DNA of 63,871 nucleotides, filler included, from It is 13 parts of 13 records of this genome, joined end to end, with 100 filler letters (N's around TTAATTAATTAA, not from the genome) between each part and the next. Parts side by side here need not be neighbours in the genome. Positions count along the whole stretch, not along the records: positions 58,024 to 63,871 come from SRR15195285_4143; 12 more parts are not named here. One strand, 5' to 3'. Shown piece by piece: positions 57,924 to 63,871 of this stretch (position 1 is its first letter; each line of letters starts with the position of its first letter). The notes under the pieces were generated by a model. It saw only the letters and a program-made list of their open reading frames with translations, ran no database searches and was not told where the DNA came from. The position numbers and the translations under genes were made by a program.

Positions 57924-58264
57924 NNNNNNNNNNNNNNNNNNNNNNNNNNNNNNNNNNNNNNNNNNNNTTAATTAATTAANNNNNNNNNNNNNNNNNNNNN
58001 NNNNNNNNNNNNNNNNNNNNNNNCCCGCCGACCACGGAATCATATTGTGGTGGCCATGCGCGTGCGTGAGGGCGACGGACGGCGGCGGAGCTAGCTGGCG
58101 AGTTGCAGTGCCCTTCGTCCCCCTCGGCGCTACGAGCAGGCGTCCGTTGAGACCCTCGCGATTTGTGGGGTCCTTTGCAGCTCCGCGAAGTTATCCAGCT
58201 GATTTACAGTTTAGGGCAACACACAGCAGTGGTGGGCGGTGACGCTGCGTGGGTGCGGGTGGAC

Positions 58265-60883
58265 ATGTCAACAACGATGGAGCGCCAGCCCCTCGCTACT
58301 ACATCTGAGCCGGAGCACGATGGCCCAGAGCCAGAGCCGGAGCCCCTCGCTGCAGTGCAGCCGCCAGAGAATCCGCCCGACGGCGAGGGGCGCCTACGGC
58401 GCACCATCTCGAGAAAGCATGCGGGGTATAAAATCCTCCGATTCAAGGCGAACATGCTCATACGCGGCCATCGGTTCGCTGAAGCCAGCGAAAAAATTTC
58501 GCACCTCCTTGGTGAGAACGACGGCGATAGACTCGTTCTCGAACAGCTGCGCGAAAAAGAGAAAGGTCAGCGTCTCAACGACGAGGAGAAAGAGATTCTC
58601 AAACTCGCTGATCTCAGGGACGATGCTGTACGCAAGGACCAGCACAAGCGTCCTGGCTGCATCATATGGTCAGATGACAAGTACCCCTGCTGCTGCAAAA
58701 TCTGCTGCAACGGCGGCAGGGTCCTGATGTGTAACCCCGATGGCCCGAACTGCGACAGCGGCAAGAATGGGAGCTGCAAGGGATGCTCGCGCGAGGCTGG
58801 GTGCTCTCCGATGCGCTGGTGGGTCTACATCTTCAACCGTGCAAGCTGGGACTTTGTCGCCTTGCTCGTGCTGATATTTGTCGCATTTATCGGGCCGATT
58901 CGCTTCGGGTTTGACCGCGGTGCATCGGTAGGCTTTGGCGAAAACTTTGATCTATTCGTCGATATCTTCTTCATGGCAGACATCGTCCTAAATTTCTTCA
59001 CGACGTACCGCCGGGCTGACGGGAAGCTCGAGAGGTGCTTCTGGCTCGTGGCGCCACGAGAAGCAGACACGCTGATAACACCAACAGAAACCGGCGTCAC
59101 GGAGAGCAGAGTGGAGGAGCAGCAGGAGGACACGTGCACCCGCTGGACGCAATCAGTATTCGCAGATTATGTCTTCGGGTGGTTCTTGCCGGATGCTGTT
59201 GCCTCATCGAGCTTCATCGTTGAGAGGCTGAGTGGTGGATATGACGGGTCTGGCAAGAGTACTGAGCTCATGCGCATCTTGCGGCTGCTTCGGCTGGCCA
59301 AGCTCCTACGCTTCACTCGGATCTTCTCAAAGCTTCTCTCAGCCATCAGTTGCCTGGATGAGAAAATGATCAACAACCGGACCAGTTTGACCAGCATGAT
59401 TGAGTGCGTCAAAGCGCTCGGAGTGACGTTGCTGTGTGCTCACGTGCTAGCCTGTCTCTGGCACCGTGCTGGCGAAGGCGGTATACTATTCGGCGAACAT
59501 GATGAGGGAACGATCACATGGACGCGGAAACTTGGGTGGACTACTCTGCTGAACGAGGCTGATGAGTCAAGCCTAGACGAGACCTGGATGCTAGAGCTGG
59601 GATTCGACGATCCGATGGATCCGCCGTTGTGGGACAGATATTTAACCAGCCTGTACTGGTCGGCGACGACGCTTTCTACGGTCGGCTACGGGGACATCAC
59701 TCCAACCACAAGAGGCGAGCAGGCAGTTGCAATGTTGACAGAGACTCTGGGCACGGTGCTATTCTGCTACCTGGCTGGGAACATTATAGCGTTTGTGTCT
59801 GCCAAACGCAGCTCGGACCTCCTGCGTGAGGAGAAACTTGAGATGGTCAACGAGTATTTGCGCGTTCGAAATGTGCACGTTGAGCTTAAACAGAAGGTGC
59901 GCAGCCACTTCGAAGAATATTACGAGCGCCGAACTGTGATGAATGAGCCGGAGCTGCTAGAGACGATGCCTGAATCCCTCAGGAAGCAGCTGGTCGACGT
60001 AGTGTACGGCGACATCGTCAATTCGTTGGATTTTCTGGTCCAGTTTGACTTGGAAGCAGCCGAAGATGCGTCACAGTCAGCAGAGGAGGATCTTGACGGT
60101 GGCAATTCTGAGCCCCCCCCTAACTATCACGCCGACAATCCGAGAAGCAACACCAAGCTGAAATTTCAGCGAGCGGGACGCAAAGCAATTGGAGATTCTA
60201 ACAGCAAGCTGCGGGATCGACTTGGTGGTTCATCCCTCAACGTTTCCAAATTGATTAGCGACCTCATTGATGGTCACAAGTGGAGCATGGCGGCAGAAAA
60301 GCATGCCTTGTGCCTAGCATTGCAACCGCTGCGACGTTTCGCCGCCAACGAGACGATCTATCGAGAAGGCGAACACTCGACGGAAATGTACGCTATCTTA
60401 GACGGTGAAGTTATCGGGGAGAAGGACTCGACTGAACCACGCACATTTGGCGAGACCGAGTCCTTTGGACTATGGGAGCTGCTGGGCATGAGTCGTGATC
60501 GACTAGGTGGTCGTTACTACACTGCCACAGCAGGAGCAAATGGGTGCCGCGTGATGTTCATCACGCAGCGTGCGTTTGCTGATCTCTGCGACGAGTTCCC
60601 TACATTGCGTGCTGTGGCGTCGCTCTATTGCAAATCCTTGGCAGACCACCCGAGGATTCACCCTCTCAGCTCCGCAGAAGATTTGCAGATGGAATGCCCA
60701 CCACCAACCAAAGCCGAGATGATTAAGAGTTTGCAGTCAGAGCTAAAAGGACAGTTTCACCTCCCGTGGAAGAAGAGCAATACACCAGCCGTGGATGGCA
60801 ACGTGAGTGAACAACTGAGTGAGTTGACTGTGTTGGTGAAGCGACTAGCAGCACATACGGATTTTCCCAACAATCACTCCTAG
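58265..60883 (+). CDS. Cyclic-nucleotide-binding-domain K+ channel (KCNH/HCN/plant Shaker-like)
   Basis: DIFFMADIVLNFFTTY; S4 MRILRLLRLAKLLR; pore YWSATTLSTVGYGDITP; C-linker; CNBD (IYREGEHSTEMY..FG). No intron is needed. Confidence 0.93.
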   Translation: MSTTMERQPLATTSEPEHDGPEPEPEPLAAVQPPENPPDGEGRLRRTISRKHAGYKILRFKANMLIRGHRFAEASEKISHLLGENDGDRLVLEQLREKEKGQRLNDEEKEILKLADLRDDAVRKDQHKRPGCIIWSDDKYPCCCKICCNGGRVLMCNPDGPNCDSGKNGSCKGCSREAGCSPMRWWVYIFNRASWDFVALLVLIFVAFIGPIRFGFDRGASVGFGENFDLFVDIFFMADIVLNFFTTYRRADGKLERCFWLVAPREADTLITPTETGVTESRVEEQQEDTCTRWTQSVFADYVFGWFLPDAVASSSFIVERLSGGYDGSGKSTELMRILRLLRLAKLLRFTRIFSKLLSAISCLDEKMINNRTSLTSMIECVKALGVTLLCAHVLACLWHRAGEGGILFGEHDEGTITWTRKLGWTTLLNEADESSLDETWMLELGFDDPMDPPLWDRYLTSLYWSATTLSTVGYGDITPTTRGEQAVAMLTETLGTVLFCYLAGNIIAFVSAKRSSDLLREEKLEMVNEYLRVRNVHVELKQKVRSHFEEYYERRTVMNEPELLETMPESLRKQLVDVVYGDIVNSLDFLVQFDLEAAEDASQSAEEDLDGGNSEPPPNYHADNPRSNTKLKFQRAGRKAIGDSNSKLRDRLGGSSLNVSKLISDLIDGHKWSMAAEKHALCLALQPLRRFAANETIYREGEHSTEMYAILDGEVIGEKDSTEPRTFGETESFGLWELLGMSRDRLGGRYYTATAGANGCRVMFITQRAFADLCDEFPTLRAVASLYCKSLADHPRIHPLSSAEDLQMECPPPTKAEMIKSLQSELKGQFHLPWKKSNTPAVDGNVSEQLSELTVLVKRLAAHTDFPNNHS

Positions 60884-61498
60884 CTCCTGGCTCCTCAGGG
60901 AGAGAACGATGTAGGACATCGACAGATGAAAGGAAGGCGATGAAAGAAAGGCGTTGCCTTTAATGAAGTTGGGTAATTTCATGTGCACCGAAATCCTCTG
61001 CCATATTAGCAGTGGCCCACCGGACTGCCAGCCCGTGTGACGTGCTGCACATTAGCAACCTGGCCTGGTTTTCCACCTTACTCACATGGCCGGTAGCCTC
61101 TACCATTCTATCAGTACACCATTCTAGTGACTGCACGTGTGGCTAGACGTCGAGTGCAGGCCGAGTGGTTGACTCGTTTCTCACATTTTGAAATTCAATT
61201 CGCGCAAGTAGGATCCCCTGAGGAAGCTTCCTAACACTCATGTGCCCACGTCGTGCACTGAGGACCTTGGCACCCATCGACCAGATACGATCCTGGTTCC
61301 TGGATCGATCCTCCATCCTGGTCAACCCTACCCCGTGAGCAGGTCCGTCCACTCCCCCAGCACAATACACAGACATAAGGGCTTGGGTTGTAGATAATTG
61401 GCACCAATTGGCCAATGCTATGCATTGCAAGCAGACTCATTTGGAGCGTACAGCGAATCGGGGCTGCGCACTGCGTTGTATTGCATGCGAGGTTGTGA

Positions 61499-63871
61499 TC
61501 ATGGTGCTGCAGAGCCAACGCTAAGACTACCGTCGGGCGGCGCAAGGGTGGACACCGCATCTGCTTCGGCTGCGGCCCTACTCATCGCATGACGAAAATT
61601 CGCCGCCGCTGCCGCAACTCCGGCACCTGGATCAGGGCTATCGCCTGCTGACTGGTGCGGCGACGGGGAAGTCGGGGTCTCCAGTTGCTCCGCGCGGTCG
61701 TGTAGCATCTTGCGCAGCCCGGAGAGTGCGGAATGCAGAGTAGTGTCTTTGTCGGCAGAGTGGGCTGCGGCTGGGGACTGTTGAGGGGCTTGAAACGCCG
61801 CATTGGGCGAGAGCGAGAGGTTTGCCACGGATGATGAAGCCTGGTTCTCTAGATCCGCGCTGAAGTTGGTGATGCTACCGCCGCCGTCGCCACCAGTGCT
61901 GCTGCGGCGTTGTCGGCTGCCACTGAACTCGAACAGGGAGCCTGCGGTCGCTGGTGATCTGGCTGCACGGGCTGGTTTCGCTGGAGACGGCGAGACGTTC
62001 ACCAGAGCCGAAGCACTGGTACTGCCACCTCGAGTGCCTCCAGCGGCAGCAGCACCGGGCGTCGGCTCATCGGCAAAATGGATGCGGCGGCGGCGCTGCC
62101 GCGCCTCGGTTGCCTGCTGCTGGTCTCTGTCGTCGCTGTGGCTATCGAACTCCAGATGCGCGCGCGCCACTGCACTGCCCGACCCTTCTCCAGCCCCTGT
62201 CTTCCTATTGGATCTACTTCCTCTGCGTTTCGAGGGAGTGTTCCCTGCCCAGTCGGTGTTTACACCACCGCCACTGCCATACTCAGACGACGGTTCCTTG
62301 GTCGGCCCGCCTAGGATTGCCGACGAGAAGTCATCGCCAGCGTCCCTGCCACTGCCATGGCTTTCGTGCGCATTGTGGGCACCACCGCAGGAACAGCACA
62401 GCTTGCGCCCCTTCACCACCGCAGCACCGCAGCACATAATCATGATAGCGATGCCGATCCCAACAAACTTACGTCCGTCAGCGGTATCATCGCCAATCTG
62501 TGTGGCGATCAGGCCGCCGCCGAAGAGACCCACACCGCCGCAGAGCAGCGCGACGAACAGCCGTGGGTGGAAAAAGTACCACGCCACCGCTCCCAGCAGG
62601 CCCAGTCCGCTGGCCATGACAACCAGGCCAAGCCATGGTGATGGGTCGAACGTTACGCGCGGAGAGCCTGAGACAAGCGCTGGGCCCAGCAAACCGCCGA
62701 GCGAGATCCCCAGCCACACAGCAAGGGCTGCAAGAGGCGGCACCGCCGGATGGTGTTGATGAACGCCCCCCGGCTTCCAGAAGCCGCTGAAGATGCTGCG
62801 TAGCCGCTGCGTCGAGCACTGCGAGGCCGCGGATCCAGCCGCACCGAGCAGTAGCGCGAGCGACACAGAGGCGGTCACGACACTGTCGACCGGATCGTTA
62901 GCGATATCGTAGAATGTCGCGAGGCCTTGGGCGACGCTGGCCGAGACGAAGAGGCTCACGATTGGGGTCGCCAGCCGCGGGTGAAGAAGCGTAAAGCTCA
63001 GGGCGCAGAAGACCAAGGCGCTCACGGACATCAGCGCAATCCCGCTGGCCTGCGGATTCCGAATTGCTGCGAGCGGGAGCATATCGATCAACCGCATGCT
63101 GCTGGGCAGCGGGAACGGCCCGCCCGCCGGGGCGACTCCAAGAGCGAGCCCGGGCGCAAAGATTGTGCCGATTGCCCACGTGATCAGCAGCGCTACGAGG
63201 ATTACGAGCCGCACGCCAACATCGACCACGGGATGGCGCCGCACGAACCGCGAGCGCCTGGGGCTGAAGAACCCTTGTGAGTTGTACAGCCTCGAGAGCT
63301 TCACCCACGAGACCACGCCCCCGGAAGCAATCTGGCGCTTCTTGCGCGCGTCTTTCTGCGCCGTCTCGCGTGCCACGCGCGCGGCCGCGAGCTGCGCGTC
63401 AAGCCGCGCCTCCTCGGAGTCGTGCGGGCTGTCAGTGGCTCCTATGCGCTGGACCACGGCGGGCGACGGCGTCGGAGCCGCCTTGCCGTCAGCAGCGCTC
63501 GCCTCACCATCGTGCGGCGAGTCGGTCGGCCCATCCGGGGGCGAGTGGCTCTCCTCGCCAAGCAGCCGCCGCCGAACCGGCTGCACCCCGCCGCCACCCT
63601 CGCCGCCCACACCCCCCTCCGCACCCACCCACGTGTTACTCCGCAAACCCACGCCACCCTCCTCCCCATGCCCTCGCGCCTCCTCCTCCTCCTCCTCCAC
63701 CACCAGCGGCTGCGTCGGCGTGGCGCGACTGGCCGCCGAGCGGTAGCCCGGCGGGGGCATCGTCAGCTGCTGCTGCAACGCCAACTCTACCTCACCCAGC
63801 AGCACTGCTCGAGGCGGGTGGCCTTCGCCCAGTGTACTGTATGGCTGGGTGAAAAACGGGGCGAGCACTTT
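61499..63871 (-). CDS. Multi-pass membrane protein of unknown function with disordered termini; 5'-partial
   Basis: 789-aa ORF with about 8 hydrophobic segments flanked by low-complexity regions. Confidence 0.65.
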   Translation of the reverse strand, partial: KVLAPFFTQPYSTLGEGHPPRAVLLGEVELALQQQLTMPPPGYRSAASRATPTQPLVVEEEEEEARGHGEEGGVGLRSNTWVGAEGGVGGEGGGGVQPVRRRLLGEESHSPPDGPTDSPHDGEASAADGKAAPTPSPAVVQRIGATDSPHDSEEARLDAQLAAARVARETAQKDARKKRQIASGGVVSWVKLSRLYNSQGFFSPRRSRFVRRHPVVDVGVRLVILVALLITWAIGTIFAPGLALGVAPAGGPFPLPSSMRLIDMLPLAAIRNPQASGIALMSVSALVFCALSFTLLHPRLATPIVSLFVSASVAQGLATFYDIANDPVDSVVTASVSLALLLGAAGSAASQCSTQRLRSIFSGFWKPGGVHQHHPAVPPLAALAVWLGISLGGLLGPALVSGSPRVTFDPSPWLGLVVMASGLGLLGAVAWYFFHPRLFVALLCGGVGLFGGGLIATQIGDDTADGRKFVGIGIAIMIMCCGAAVVKGRKLCCSCGGAHNAHESHGSGRDAGDDFSSAILGGPTKEPSSEYGSGGGVNTDWAGNTPSKRRGSRSNRKTGAGEGSGSAVARAHLEFDSHSDDRDQQQATEARQRRRRIHFADEPTPGAAAAGGTRGGSTSASALVNVSPSPAKPARAARSPATAGSLFEFSGSRQRRSSTGGDGGGSITNFSADLENQASSSVANLSLSPNAAFQAPQQSPAAAHSADKDTTLHSALSGLRKMLHDRAEQLETPTSPSPHQSAGDSPDPGAGVAAAAANFRHAMSRAAAEADAVSTLAPPDGSLSVGSAAP

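Noticed and set aside
4064-58023. Regularly recurring TTAATTAATTAA flanked by Ns, superficially a repeat array
   Set aside because: Artificial scaffolding linker. ORFs running into X residues and any cross-spacer gene clustering are artefacts.
1-63871. tRNA, rRNA and telomeric repeat arrays
   Set aside because: None recognised by eye; only isolated TTAGGG hexamers occur. A covariance-model scan was not possible.

Overview
This window is not one locus. It is 13 unrelated contigs joined by artificial 100-nt spacers (N44-TTAATTAATTAA-N44), so adjacency across spacers means nothing. The DNA is from a GC-rich, gene-dense microbial eukaryote with short GT-AG spliceosomal introns (donors often GTGCG/GTGAG/GTAAG) and nuclear genes for mitochondrial proteins; the lineage cannot be fixed from this sequence. 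Recognisable housekeeping genes are JMJD6, a PhyH-type dioxygenase, PET191/COA5, ALG10, Rab5, mitochondrial ATP synthase epsilon, an LFR/BAF250_C-like ARM protein, a secreted 5'-nucleotidase-like enzyme and a CNBD K+ channel. Manual splicing reveals systems the raw ORF track hides. (1) A TPR-GYF-[Ppx/GppA-like fold with EF-hand insert]-RelA/SpoT-like synthetase fusion, a candidate Ca2+-gated alarmone signalling enzyme. (2) An intron-containing tyrosine recombinase fused to Myb/SANT, Tudor-like and telobox-type Myb domains; its contig starts at a palindromic site that recurs on another contig next to a host gene. (3) A four-domain voltage-gated channel with a non-canonical L/D/A/Q filter ring. 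(4) An MgtE-SH3-cNMP fusion. (5) Two introns in unrelated genes with homologous 3' ends (introner-like). All domain calls are by-eye motif recognition; no searches were run.
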